Positions 1 to 12,821 are shown, counted from the stretch's first letter. The stretch is DNA of 64,000 nt from Rebecca billardiae RCC1528 (GCA_965240325.2 OZ251252.1:1-64000); one strand, 5' to 3'. Translations and numbers: made by a program. Notes: a model not told the origin generated them from the letters alone.

Positions 1-291
1 ACCCTAACTAACCCTAACCCTAACCCTAACCCTAACCCTAACCCTAACCCCTAACCCTAACCCTAACCCTAACCCTAACCCTAACCCTAACCCTAACCCT
101 AACCCTAACCCTAACCCTAACCCTAACCCTAACCCTAACCCTAACCCTAACCCCTAACCCTAACCCTAACCCTAACCCTAACCCTAACCCTAACCCTAAC
201 CCTAACCCTAACCCTAACCCTAACCCTAACCCTAACCCTAACCCTAACCCTAACCCTAACCCTAACCCTAACCCTAACCCTAACCCTAACC

Positions 292-352
<61 letters not shown>

Positions 353-450
353 CCCTAACCCTAACCCTAACCCTAACCCTAACCCTAACCCTAACCCTAC
401 CTAACCCTAAACCCTAACCCTAACCCTAACCCCTAACCCTAACCCTAACC

Positions 451-506
<56 letters not shown>

Positions 507-668
507 TAACCCTAACCCTAACCCTAACCCTAACCCTAACCCTAACCCTAACCCTAACCCTAACCCTAACCCTAACCCTAACCCTAACCCTAACCCTAAC
601 CCCTAACCCTAACCCTAACCCTAACCCTAACCCTAACCCTAACCCTAACCCTAACCCTAACCCTAACC

Positions 669-709
<41 letters not shown>

Positions 710-808
710 CCCCTAACCTAACCCTAACCCTAACCCTAACCCTAACCCCTAACCCTAACCCTAACCCTAACCCTAACCCTAACCCTAACCCTAACCCTAA
801 CCCTAACC

Positions 809-849
<41 letters not shown>

Positions 850-1111
850 CCCTAACCCTAACCTAACCCTAACCCTAACCCTAACCCTAACCCTAACCCT
901 AACCCTAACCCTAACCCTAACCCTAACCCTAACCCTAACCCTAACCCTAACCCTAACCCTAACCCTAACCCTAACCCTAACCCTAACCCCTAAACCCTAA
1001 CCCTAACCTAACCCTAACCCTAACCCTAACCCTAACCCTAACCCTAACCCCTAACCCTAACCCCTAACCCTAACCCTAACCCTAACCCTAACCCTAACCC
1101 TAACCCTAACC

Positions 1112-1165
<54 letters not shown>

Positions 1166-1204
1166 CCCTAACCCTAACCCTAACCCTAACCCTAACCCCT
1201 AACC

Positions 1205-1239
<35 letters not shown>

Positions 1240-1331
1240 TCCTAACCCCTAACCCTAACCCTAACCCCTAACCCTAACCCCAACCCTAACCCCTAACCCC
1301 TAACCCTAACCCTAACCCTAACCCTAACCCT
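1..1331 (-). repeat. Telomere, (CCCTAA)n / TTAGGG type
   Basis: Continuous CCCTAA hexamers from base 1, with scattered 1-nt indel variants (some probably read errors) and degenerate units near the proximal end. Confidence 0.99.
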
Positions 1332-2031
1332 CGCAGCAGAGTCGACCCTAACCCTAACCTAGCGCCGCCGGCCCGCAACGCTGTGGCGCTGATGTACTCC
1401 GAGCGCCCAGCAGTACTCGTAACTGCCCCGCCGCCCAGCTGCAGGACCCAGCTACGCGTACTGCGGCTGCTAAGCCCCCCAGCTCGGCTGCTGGGCGGTG
1501 GGGCAGCTTGCCATCACTGCTTGCCGCGCGCCCATCAGCCGGCAGCAGCAGTGCGTGATGACGACGGTCGTGGTCAGCGCGGTGGGCGCTGTGCTGTACA
1601 CATGCATGCACAGAATGGCATGCATCAGATCCGCGCTCAGCGGCTTCGCCGACCGGTCCTCAGGCCGGTCACGCTTGCCGTGCACCGATGGATCTGGGTG
1701 CTCGGCGATGACTGGACGCGAACGCGGTGCAGGCGGCATGTCGCGCTACGCGGGGGCGGTTGCAGGCCCTCTGTACCCCCGAGGGCACGTGAGCGCGCGC
1801 GCGTAGTCTAGATCGCGCTCCGGGACGCACGCGCGCCACCACGTTTTGTGGCGCCGCGCGCCGACCTCCCGAGTCGGCCCGAGCTCGGCCGCGCGCCGTC
1901 GCGGGCGCAGGCCGGATTTTTTTGGAGAAGCCGACGCGTAGTAAGAGGCCCGACGAATCTTTGCGCCCGGGGAAATACAGATATTCGCGTGCGCGAGGTG
2001 AGTGGACTCCGCCATATTGGCATCATCATGA

Positions 2032-3374
2032 TTGTACTGGTATGTGGACGAATCAGAGCAGCCCGGCAGCCGGGATGCACCATCCGGCGATGGCCACCGC
2101 TGCGTCGGCAGCAGTGGCGGCGGCGACGGCGGCGGCGGCCCGTGGGCCGGCCCGCGGCTGGGTGCTGTGCACGAGGATGTGCTCGAGCGTCTGGTCGGGC
2201 TCGGCAGCACCGGCAGCAGCAGCGCTCGGAACGGCAGCGCCGTGCCGAGCCTGGACCTGAGCGAGTGGGCGAGCGCGGAGCTGCGCAGTGGCACGGTGGA
2301 GCACCTGCCGGTGGCATCAGTGCCGCCGCCCTCGGGCGGCAGCCGCGCACGCGTCACGCCGGTGATCGTCGAGGCGCCCTGCGGCAGCGCGTCCATGCTG
2401 CGCTGGATGCTCCACCTCCTGGACGCGCTTGGCGCGCACACCGGAGCGGGCGGAGCAGCCGCGCGCATCGCCGCTGTGGCGGTGGAGCGCGAGCGCGCCC
2501 TCGCCGAGACGCTGGTCGCTGACGCTGGCTTCACGGTGCTGGTGTGGCCAGGCGACGTCGTGCGGCGCGGACTGCCGCTGCACGTGATGCCGGGCGAGCG
2601 CCTGCTCATCATTGCTGACATGCTCGACGCGCAGTTTCAGCACGTGTTCGGCGTGTGGCAAGCGGCCAACGCGCCCATCCTCCGCGCTGGAGGCACGCCG
2701 TGCAGCGAAAGCTCGCAGCTGTGTGGCCAGCAGCACTGCGCGACCTGCGGAAACCGCCACCGCTTCGCGACAGGCGAGACCGAGCTGCCGCTCGCCCTGA
2801 GGCAGGAGGGCTCCGAGGAGCTGGCGAGGCGGAACGCGCTCGCCGCGCGAGCGGCGTACGACGCGAGCGGCGGCAGCAGCCAGGCAATCCTAAAGATGTC
2901 CGCGGCAGCGTCGGTCTTCGAGCTGCCAGGCCTCCGCGCGCTGCACCAGGGAGGCAGCGCTATCGGCTCGCACGCACTCACGTCCCACTGCGCATTCACG
3001 GACGAGCGACTGGACTGGCCCAGCGTGCGGCAGCGGCCGACAGCGAGGCAGAGGTGGGGCCGTGCAGCATGCAGCTGCACGGCGCGCAGAAGGCCACACA
3101 GCTCATCGTGACGGGAAGGGGGAGCGACGCGTCGCACCGCCTGCCAGCTACGGCTGTGAGGCCACGCTGCTCTTCCGAGCACCCGTGCGAGCTGCTGCTG
3201 GCGCAGCCGCCAACTGGTGCCGCTGCCAAGCGCCAGAGGCGGCACCCAGCTGGCGTGAAGGACTGCCCGCGGGCGTACTACCACGTCCCAGTGCTGCTGT
3301 GCCTGGAGCTGGCAGTGGTGGTGCTGGGGCGCCTGACTGGCACCTGGGCGCACCCGCCAGCGGGCAACGACTAG
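2032..3374 (+). pseudogene. Subtelomeric hypothetical protein with one frameshift near 3040 (pseudogene or sequencing indel)
   Basis: ORF 2032..3111 reads as a globular protein (VIVEAPCG, FTVLVWPG, LLIIADML, a Cys/His cluster CGQQHCATCGNRH). A second frame continues plausibly (DSEAEVGPCSMQL...YYHVPVLLCLELAVV) to the stop at 3374. No family recognised. Confidence 0.45.
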
Positions 3375-5127
3375 GCTCAGGTGGGTGCCAGTTCATCGGA
3401 GCCGTCTGCGCGGCGGCAGTTATTATATGTATGTATAGGTCACGACTGCTGCTGCCTGCTCAGCCGGCGGCGCCCGTACTCGATGACTAATCGTCCGTCG
3501 TCGTCACTGCTGACGATCGATGCCGGATTATACAGCCTGCGCCCGTCGCCATGGCGGATCATATTATTATATGCGCCGATGATCGATGCTAGTCATATGG
3601 CTATTACTGCTGGTACTTGGCGGTAGTACAAGTCGTCGATCAGATTCGGTGCGCGCGCAAGACGCCAGCCAGCAGAGCACCGCGTCGCAGTGTGAACCGA
3701 CGAGCGCACGTACGCGTCGAGCTCATGCTGACAATAGCGGCAGGACTACCGTCACAGTGCGGCTGATGTGCACGGGCCGGCACACGTGGCAAGCAGCGGC
3801 GGCTGGCCAAAGTGCGCAGGGCGAGAGCGCGCAGTCGCTCGCGCCGACGCTGGCCCTGCTCTGGGCTGCTGCGGCTGCCACGCACTCAGCTCGGAGTGAT
3901 GGGATACCCGACGGCGGGCTCTGCTGCGAGCGCGGTGGGGGTGGAACCGAGGCTCGGCAGCGGTCACAGCGGGTGGACAGGCTGCTGTGCGGGGAGCGGA
4001 GGGACGGGCGACAGGCTGGGCGTGCGCGGCGGCGGGCTCTGCGACAACCTCGGCGGCAGGCTCGGCGGGCGGCGGTGCAGGTGGCGGTGGGCTCGGCTGT
4101 GGCCACGGCAGCGGCGTTGAGGGCGGCTGCGAGGCGAGGGCGGCGGTGAGGGCAGCGGGCGGGCGGGGGGCGACGCCCCGGGCCACGGCACAGCTCGCGC
4201 GGCGGGAGAGACACGCCATCGCCGCCCGCCATCGCCGCCGCCATTCGCCGACGAAAAAAAAGGAATTCGGCAACACCAAAATTGGAAATCCGCAGGAGCA
4301 GGACGATAGGATTTCCATCGAAATTCGAAATTGTGAATATTGGCCGCGGCGAGCCCAAGGCTGATGAGGTCAAATCATAGAATGGGTCACGGGCTGAGCC
4401 TAGGTCGCTGAGCTCGCTGGGTGGCGGCTGTCACGCCCCGCGCCGCGCGAGCGCGCGGCGCGCTCGCACGTGAGTGCACCGCTCGCCCGAGCGGCGGCGG
4501 CGGCACGCGCGCGCTGCCGCTGCTCGGGTGCGCCAAGCGGCCACTGCAACCTAGGCGTCAGCTGGAGGCGGCCACCGCCCGACCGCCGTCCGAGCTGACC
4601 GGCCGGCCGGCTGGGTGCCACGGCACGCAGAGCGGCTGCAGCGCAAGCGCGGCGGCGGCAGGCGCAAGGGGCGCGCGGGCACCAGCATCAGCGCCCAAGC
4701 TACCCACGCTGCCGCGCTGCCGGGCACTGGCTCGCTGGCGCACCCAGCGCTCGTCGCCGCTCGGTGTAGCCCCGCTGCCGAGCGTGGACGGGTCGGCCGC
4801 TCGGCTGCCGACCTACCGCGCGGCAGCGTTGGGTGAGGCGAGGAGCGGAGGTCCGCGCGAAGAGGCGCGCGCACGCGCAACGCGAGCGCTCGCTCGCGCA
4901 CCGCCGCCTCCAGCGCGGCCCGAGGCGATGCCTCGCACGCTGGCCACCGCCGCCGCACCCGCTGCGCTGGCTGGCGCCCCCGGACGCCGGCTGTGACGTC
5001 TCGGCCGGCCGGGCAGCATGGTGGGCACGTGAGGAGAGCGAGGGCGCGCGTGCGCGCCGCGCGCGGCGCGTACGCGCTAACCGCGCGATCCACGCACACT
5101 GCGGGCATGCGCTCGGCGCCCTCACCA

Positions 5128-7105
5128 CCGCCGCCGGCGCCGGTGGCGGCGGAAGGCTTGCACCTTGCTCTGCGCATTCAGTCATGAGGCTGTCGAAATA
5201 AGGCTCAAGGGTGGGGGCTGCCGCCCCCACACCCCCGCTTTTTCTTCCGCTCGTTCAGCCCGCTCACTGCCGGCGGCGCCGGCGGCGGGCGCGGCGCGGC
5301 GCGCGGGAGCAGCTCGGCCGCCATGGCAGCCGTCGTCGCCGGCGGCAGTTTTTGGCGGTGGCACGGAAAAAACAAGTAGTCGTAGTATTCAAAAACCAAT
5401 ATTCGGACAGATTCGCCCGGTGAAACGGCCGCGCGCTGGACTGAGGCTCTGCTGCCGCCGCGCAATGGCGGCCGGCCCGCCCAGCGTCGTGGCTGGGCGA
5501 CTCTGGAGGGTGAGAGCGGCGGAACGGCATATGAGAAGGGTCGGAAGAAGCGATCAGGCGACTCAGTGGGGCATGCTGGTCACGTCAGGCAGCTTTGTTG
5601 CCGCGCCCCCGACCCGCTCGCCACCTGCACGGTTGACGTGAGCCGGTCGGAGGCCCGGTCGGGCTCCGCCCGCCCACGCGACGAGCCAAGACTCGAGATC
5701 GGCATATGAGACTGCCGCCAAATAAATTGGGGAGGGGTCCTCATAACATGCCCATCACGACTAGCCGAGTGCGCGCGTGGCCCCGTGATTTTGGGGAGTG
5801 GGCACCTCTTATACACCCCCGCTTTTTCTTCCGTGGGGGCTGCCGCCCCCACACCCCCGCTTTGGACCGCCTCCGAACGCTCGTTCAGCCCGCTCACTGC
5901 CGGCGGCGGGCGCGGCGCGCGGGAGCAGCTCGGTGGCAGCCATCGTCGCCGGCGGCAATTTTTGGCGGCATGGAAAAAACAAGTAGTCGTAGTATTCAAA
6001 AACCAATATTCGGACAGATTCGCCCGGTGAAACGGCCGCGCGCTGGACTGAGGCTCTGCTGCCGCCGCGCAATGGCGGCCGGCCCGCCCAGCGTCGTGGC
6101 TGGGCGACTCTGGAGGGTGAGAGCGGCGGAACGGCATATGAGAAGGGTCGGAAGAAGCTATCAGGCGACTCAGTGGGGCATGCTGGTCACGTCAGGCAGC
6201 TTTGTTGCCGCGCCCCCGACCCGCTCGCCACCTGCACTGTTGTTGGGCGCCGGTCGGGTCTGCAGCCGTGCGCCGAAGTAAACTGGTGGTCGTAAGGCTG
6301 AAGGGGGGGGGCTGCCGCCGCCATACAGCCGCTCTTTATCTTGCGGGGCTGCCACCTTCACACGCCCGCACGCTCTTTCGGCCGCCTCCGCACGCTCGGT
6401 CAGCCCGCTCACCGCCAGCGCCGGTGGCGGCAGAAGGCTTGCACCTTGCTCTGCGCATTCAGTCATGAGGCTGTCGAAATAGGGCTCTAGGGTGGGGGCT
6501 GCCGCCCCCACACCCCCGCTTTGGACCGCCTCCGAACGCTCGTTCAGCCCGCTCACTGCCGGCGGCGCCGGCGGCGGGCGCGGCGCGGCGCGCGGGAGCA
6601 GCTCGGCCGCCATGGCAGCCGTCGTCGCCGGCGGCAGTTTTTGGCGGTGGCACGGAAAAAACAAGTAGTCGTAGTATTCAAAAACCAATATTCGGACAGA
6701 TTCGCCCGGTGAAACGGCCGCGCGCTGGACTGAGGCTCTGCTGCCGCCGCGCAATGGCGGCCGGCCCGCCCAGCGTCGTGGCTGGGCGACTCTGGAGGGT
6801 GAGAGCGGCGGAACGGCATATGAGAAGGGTCGGAAGGAGCGATCAGGCGACTCAGTGGGGCATGCTGGTCACGTCAGGCAGCTTTGTTGCCGCGCCCCCG
6901 ACCCGCTCGCCACCTGCACGGTTGACGTGAGCCGGTCGGAGGCCCGGTCGGGCTCCGCCCGCCCACGCGACGAGCCAAGACTCGAGATCGGCATATGAGA
7001 CTGCCGCCAAATAAATTGGGGAGGGGTCCTCATACCATGCCCATCACGACTAGCCGAGTGCGCGCGTGGCCCCGTGATTTTGGGGAGTGGGCACCTCTTA
7101 TACAC
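5128..7105. repeat. Subtelomeric direct-repeat block: two ~690-bp copies (5128-5815, ~6410-7105) flanking a third partial copy (~5830-6237)
   Basis: The core AAAAACAAGTAGTCGTAGTATTCAAAAACCAATATTCGGACAG... occurs at ~5368, ~5975 and ~6657. The downstream ~185 bp ending CACCTCTTATACAC occurs twice. Confidence 0.9.
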
Positions 7106-7142
7106 GTCTTACACGGTCTGTGTACTCTCTTAGAGTATTGTA

Positions 7143-8482
7143 TGCGCATCAGCGAGGCCCACACCCACGAGGGAATGTGCAGCACGCGGGGCGGGGCGGG
7201 TAGCCCGTTGCTCCGCGCGAGCGCGGGTACGCGCTGTATGTGCCGCATGTCGACCGCGATGGCGTAATCGAGCGCCTCGCCGCCGACGAAGTCGCCAGAG
7301 TAGATCATGTGCATGTCCTCCTGCCGCCAGCCGAGAGCGGTCGTCGCGAGGATGCTTGTCGATGTCGGCTCCAGGCATGATGGGCTCGGCGCAGGTCGCG
7401 TTGACGTCGTACACGGCCACCGCGCTGAGCACGAGCGCGTTGACGTTCACGCGGTCGTCGCTCTTCGCATCTTCGACAGGTCTGGCGCTCGCGTGCTCGG
7501 CGGCACGAGGAGCTGTTGGTTGTGCGCGCGCGCGCGCACAGCGACAGCGTGTGCCACTCGCGATCGAGAGTGAGCAAGCGCTGCTCACGCGGGCACACGA
7601 ATCGCAGCGCATCCGTCACCGGCGTGACGACTTCCGCCTCGTCCCGCAGCGCCTGCGCCATGGACGAGGATGGCGCGTCGATGTTGCATGCTCGACGATT
7701 CATCTCTCTGCGGATGGCATCACGGGCTTGTCTGTGTCGCGCTGCGGCGAGGGTCGCCAACTCGCGATGACGCGGTTGCTGCCACAGCGACAGACCCGGG
7801 AGGTGCGTCCGCAGCGCGTCGTACGCCGTTGGCGCTGCGCTTCCGTCGCATTGGTCACCGTCGACGCCATGCAGGCCGGACGTGGGCTTCGGCTGAGGGA
7901 CCGGACCGCGAGCAATGACTGAGTCCGGTGCGCGGATTCCGGCGATCGAGTTCAGAAGGCCGCGCCAAATCTTGCGTCGCGTGCGATGGCGCTTCCCGCC
8001 CGCGAGACGCCTCGTGATGAGGGCTTTCTCACACCGAGCCCGACGCGCGACGGTGGATCGCGCGAGGCGGCCATCGTGCGCAGCGCATGATGCTATGGCC
8101 GGTGCGAGCTTTCGACGTGCACGTCGGGCGAGGATCGCCCCAGGTCGCACGATTGTGTCGACGCGCCGAGCGTACCGCTCCAAACGCGTCGATTTAGCCC
8201 CCGTTCGACCTGCACGCGAGACGACGAGGGCAGCAATCGCGAATCGGGCGAAAACCCGTCTAGGGAATCCCCGCGCGATGTCCGCGCCGGCGTTGGATTT
8301 GGCGCGCGCCGCCCATGTGCTCCGCGCCATCCAGGACTCTCTTTCGGCCGAGCGTCCCCAGTGGGAGCTGCGAGGGCGCCCGGTAGTGAGCGAAGCGATT
8401 TTCTTTTCTCTGCGAGGCGATTTTATTTTTCCTTTTCCTTTTCCTATCTTTTTCCCGGGCACTACAAGGGGCGGACCTACGG
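7143..8482 (-). mobile_element. Truncated copy of DNA-transposon family 'U' (terminus GGCGGGCCGTAGGTCCGCCCCTTGTAGTGCCCGGGAAAAAGA) with degenerate ORF
   Basis: Colinear and highly similar to 46404-47720, and to the reverse complement of 44599-45915. Carries a frameshifted ORF remnant. Confidence 0.75.
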
Positions 8483-10943
8483 CTTCTGAGACAAACGCGT
8501 GAAGCGCACTGCTTAGGAGGGGGGGGGGGGGGCTCCTAAGCAGTGCCTGGAGTCCGGACGCGGCCGCCGCTGCCGCGGGCGCTGCGAGGTTTGAGTCCGG
8601 GTCGCCCTTCCCACGTCGCGCCGCCGCGCGAGAACGCGACGTAGGCCGCGAGGACGTCCCCCCGCGCGCGGCGCGTGGTGCGCCGAGCCAGAGCACGTGT
8701 ACTGCCGCCCTCTGCCGCGGCTCGTCACCTCATCTCACCCGCGTTGCTCAGCGCGGGCGCCGTGCGACGCCGGCGACGTGACTCAGCTTGCACACGCCGG
8801 ATGAGAAGCTGCACCCAGAGGCCGAGCTGCGCTCTAGCCCCTGGTGCGCCCGGTGGGCAGCGTGCACATGGATGTTATGCGTCTTCCCCGCGCTCAGTGG
8901 TCTGTCTCGAGGCGTCTCTAGAGTGAGTTGTTGGCTCTGCTACACGACTGCGTTTGAATTGCGCGTGTCGACGCACTCTGTCATGCCCGTGCGTGGGCAG
9001 TGTACGTCCTCAGGTTGCGGGCGCACGCGCGCGCCTGGTCGCAGTAATCATAGGCCTACCCGACACCAACGATTTTGGGTCCTGCACGGTCATCAGGTGG
9101 GCGCAGTGCACGTGCGTGCGCGGTGCGAGTTGCATCCAAGCCGCGACGCCTTTGCGCGCGCTGCTCGCGTTGGCGGAGAGAGGCGAGGAGCGACCGCCGA
9201 CGCGTACCTGGGGACTACGTATGACCTTGGTCGACTACCAGCCTCGTCGCGTCCGCGCGCACGGGCCGTATTCGTCCGCACCGACGCTCGCGAGGTACGC
9301 TAGCAGCGGCACCGGGGGCACGGTGCCGCCTTTCACGGGTTTGAGTCACAAGCCTACGGCCCGCCATACCAACCGATCGAGAGAAATCCGGCCTCAAAGA
9401 CCAGCATGGCCGCACTGCATCCCCGCCGTCCGCCAAAGGCGGCTGTCGTGCGCGTCGCGTGCGTGCGCACGCCGGCGCAGTGGTGCGCGAGGGGATCCAC
9501 GCGCCGTCAAAGCACGCGCGCCTCGGCCAGCTGGCCAAGTCCCACGCGCGGTCATCGCGGCGCGAGCGCACCGCCGGCCCCTCGCTCGGCCGCGCTGCCA
9601 CGCACACGCTGCCGGCTGCGCGCGGCCGCGCGAGTGCACTGTCGAGCGGTCGAGCGCGCGTGCTGCGAGGATATATTCGCGTCTTCATCACTCGCACGAC
9701 GCCGCGCAGTGCGTGGTGCCCGTCAGCAACGCGTGAACAGCTGCCAATAAGTCTGCGCGCAGAGCTCGGCCGCGGCGCGCGCTTGGCTGTTCAACATGAA
9801 GGCTGCACGACTCGCCATCACGCGGAGCGCTCTCGAGTGTGCCCGTGCCGACCGCCATGCGCACGCGCCACGGTGCAGGGGCGACCGCTCTTTCGGCGTG
9901 AGGCGCGTGCGCGACCGACCGACCGTCCGCGATGGCGCACTCTGGAGCCAGGTCGGCCGAGGTGGAAGATGGGGGCGCGGGGGCGGGGGCAGCTGGGCCG
10001 GTGCGTGGCGCCTGGATGTGCGCGGCGCTTTCGTGCCCCGCGCCGCCAAGCGGCATGCGCTGCGGCCGCGTGGTCGGCTCGCATCACCTCACGCGCTGCC
10101 ATCGCGCCCGCGCGAGCGCGATATGAACGGCAAGTGGCGGCCACGCGCGCGCCGCCCCGCCGGACGCAGCGTCGGTACGGCCGCGACAGCCCGCGCCTGG
10201 GGCGCGGGCCCGCGCGGGCATGCCTCGGGGGCGCCACGCCTCGATCTCGGCCGCTGCGCCGCGTGCTGCGCCAAGGTCCGACGAACCCGCAGCCGAGCTG
10301 CACAGCCGCACGGATGCGCGGCGGCGAGCGCGCCCGCCACTCGCGGCACTGCGCTCCGGACGCAGCCTGACGAGTCTGCTGGATTATGGCTGGTTTGCGG
10401 TCGTCGCGTGCCGCCCTCGTACGGGCGTACTGTTATACGGCCGAGCAGCCCGCGGGGCCCCGGGCGCGGGGCTCCACGCCGCCTCGCGCTCGGCATGACG
10501 GCGTAGTGCGCGCGCGCTAAGTCTCCGCACTCGCGCGTCTTATGAGTGCCGCTGGCTGATCACTTGGCTGATCGCGCGACACAGCATCGTTTACGGTTTA
10601 GTACTACGGAGCGTCTCGTATCAGAATCATCAGCAGCACTAGATCGTCAGCAGAGTCGCCGTCGTCCGATCGCGAGTCAGGCCGATCGACGTCGGAGCCG
10701 GCCGAGCATCAGCCAGTCGCCGAGCAGGCGGCAGCAGGCTGCAGGGCCTCTGCTGGCTCTGCACTGCCGGCGGGCGGCCAGGCCGCTGGACCCGGAGGCC
10801 CTGCGGCGCGGCGTATAGTGCGGGAGCCGGTCGATAATGACTGTACCGTGTGGCGTCAATCGATGACGCGCGCCCGCCCGAGGGGCTCACTCGCTCCGCC
10901 CGCACTATTATTAATAAATTATACATATATATATAATATATAT

Positions 10944-12323
10944 GGGTCGATTTTTTTGGCTTCGGCGCACGGAGCGCCGATCTCGTCAACGAGCGGCCAT
11001 CGTGAAAGCGCGCGAAAGTTGCGTTTGCGGGGGCTCGCGCCTGCCGGGGTCGTGCGACGCGGGCGAAGGGCGCGCGGCCCCTCGCGCTGGTCGGCGGTGA
11101 CGAGGACACCCAGGTGCGCCATCTCGCGCGCCGCCACGCCCCTCTCCGCGTCTGCCTCGCGCACACGCAGCGATTGCATTTGGATGTTGCATTCTTGCGC
11201 ATGCTTGCGCGCCACGTTGCGGGACGAGAAAAAGCGTCATGCGGTTAGGTTTGGCAGTTTGAGATGGTTCAGATGATGTTGTGACAGGAACTGGAAGACC
11301 TAACCGCATGACGCCCTTCCTGCGCGCGCTACACGCATCACGTGCTCTCCGCGCAGGTGAGCTTGAAAATTTGAAGCTGCTGCTCCTCTGCGAGGCCATC
11401 GAGGCGAGCGGCGGCTAGCATGACGCAGCGCTCTCCCCAGCTGCCACGGCCAGCCACCTGCACCCGGCTGTGCTCGCACTCGCCTTGAGTGTGTGCACGG
11501 TTGACACGTCGACGGTGCTCGGCGGTGTGTTTTTGACTGCTGGTTGGTACGCACGCATCATGGGCCCACAGTGGAGTTGGGGTGCGTGCCGTGGCTGTGG
11601 CGCGCACGCGATCGACCCATACTACACACGCACAGCGCAGCTCGGCATCGTTACGGGCTTCAAACGTCGGCCAGAGCTTGTTTGCTATCCGCGTGCTGCG
11701 GTCGTCGGCTCCGAGCAATCCACGAGGATGACAACAGGCGGTGCGTGCGCTGTTTGAAGGCGTTGGGCGCGGCGTCTGCTGGCTGTGCAGTCGCGCCTGG
11801 GTACGGCTCGCATGCTACGCAGCGGCGGATACCAGTCTGATGCGGTTTGACGCACGGGCAGTCATCTGCTTTGCTCTGCACGCGTGGCCGGCTGATCATC
11901 CTTTCGCAACGCGTGTCTGCGCGTGCGGTGACTGCTCCCAGATGGGCTCGACGCGAGGCAAACGCGTGCGAGACTCATCGATACGGAGCTCCCCTCCAGG
12001 CAAGCGAGCGTTTGAGCGCGCTCACCTCACTCATGCCTACCCACGCGCATGTTTGCGCGGCCCACTGGTTCGAATGATGCGACGAGGTCGGTGCGGCGTG
12101 CTCGTGGGCAGGAGTGCGCGCTCAGTCGACGGTCAAGACGCGCGCCACGAGGAGCAGTCATGTGCCCAAGGTCGCTCGACCAGCGCGCGACCAACGGCAC
12201 CCGCGTAGGGCAGCGCAGGAGCTCGCGTTTGACACAGTGGAGCGCCACTGGGGCGGACGGGCGCCATGGGCGCCCATCGGCGCTACCAGCCCTCCCGTGC
12301 GCCGAAGCCAAAAAAATCGACCC
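10944..12323. mobile_element. Non-autonomous TIR element (MITE-like, 1380 bp)
   Basis: Perfect 29-bp TIRs GGGTCGATTTTTTTGGCTTCGGCGCACGG (10944-10972 / 12295-12323), with ATAT on both flanks in an AT-rich target. No transposase ORF. Confidence 0.85.
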
Positions 12324-12821
12324 ATATTATATTAATATATATATTAATATATATTATATTTAACGGGACTACGACCGCGCGCGCGTGCAGCGGGCAGCAT
12401 CGTCATCGTCATCATCGATCCGCCGCACCCCGGCACCCGCGAACCGGCGGACGTGACAGTCACCGATCGGATGCGCTGCGCTGGCAGCAGGCGCCACTCC
12501 GCGGTACCGGGAGCGGTCGGCCATGGCCGCGCGGTGCTGTGGTGCGGTGGTGGTGGTGGGCGGCGACTGCAGAGGCTGGCAGGGGAGTGAGAGCACGCGA
12601 TTCCGGAACGCGGCGACGGCCCGCCCGCGGTTGACGCCAGTGGCTTGCCACTTGGCAGCGTGCAAGTCGAAGCTGGCGCGCATCCGCGTAGCGGCGATCG
12701 GCGCCGCCGGCAGCAGTCGAGCCGCCGGGCGGCAGCCAAGCCGGCGCAGCGACGTGCCCGGCCGCGCGCAGACGGACGGCACGCGGCCGCGAGCAAGAAG
12801 ACATGGAGGGCGCTGCACCAC

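Noticed and set aside
300-1320. Variant telomere units (CCCCTAA, CCTAA, CCCTAAA) as a patterned code
   Set aside because: Irregular single-base homopolymer indels, typical of long-read error or telomerase slippage.
7094-7109. CTCTTATACACGTCT resembles the Tn5/Nextera mosaic end
   Set aside because: It mismatches the 19-bp mosaic end, and the CTCTTATACAC core is present in both repeat copies (~5806 and ~7095), so it is genomic repeat sequence rather than adapter.
8560-10500. Several 150-300-aa ORFs in the subtelomeric interval
   Set aside because: No recognisable motifs or consistent codon bias; probably TE-derived, but I could not define ends.
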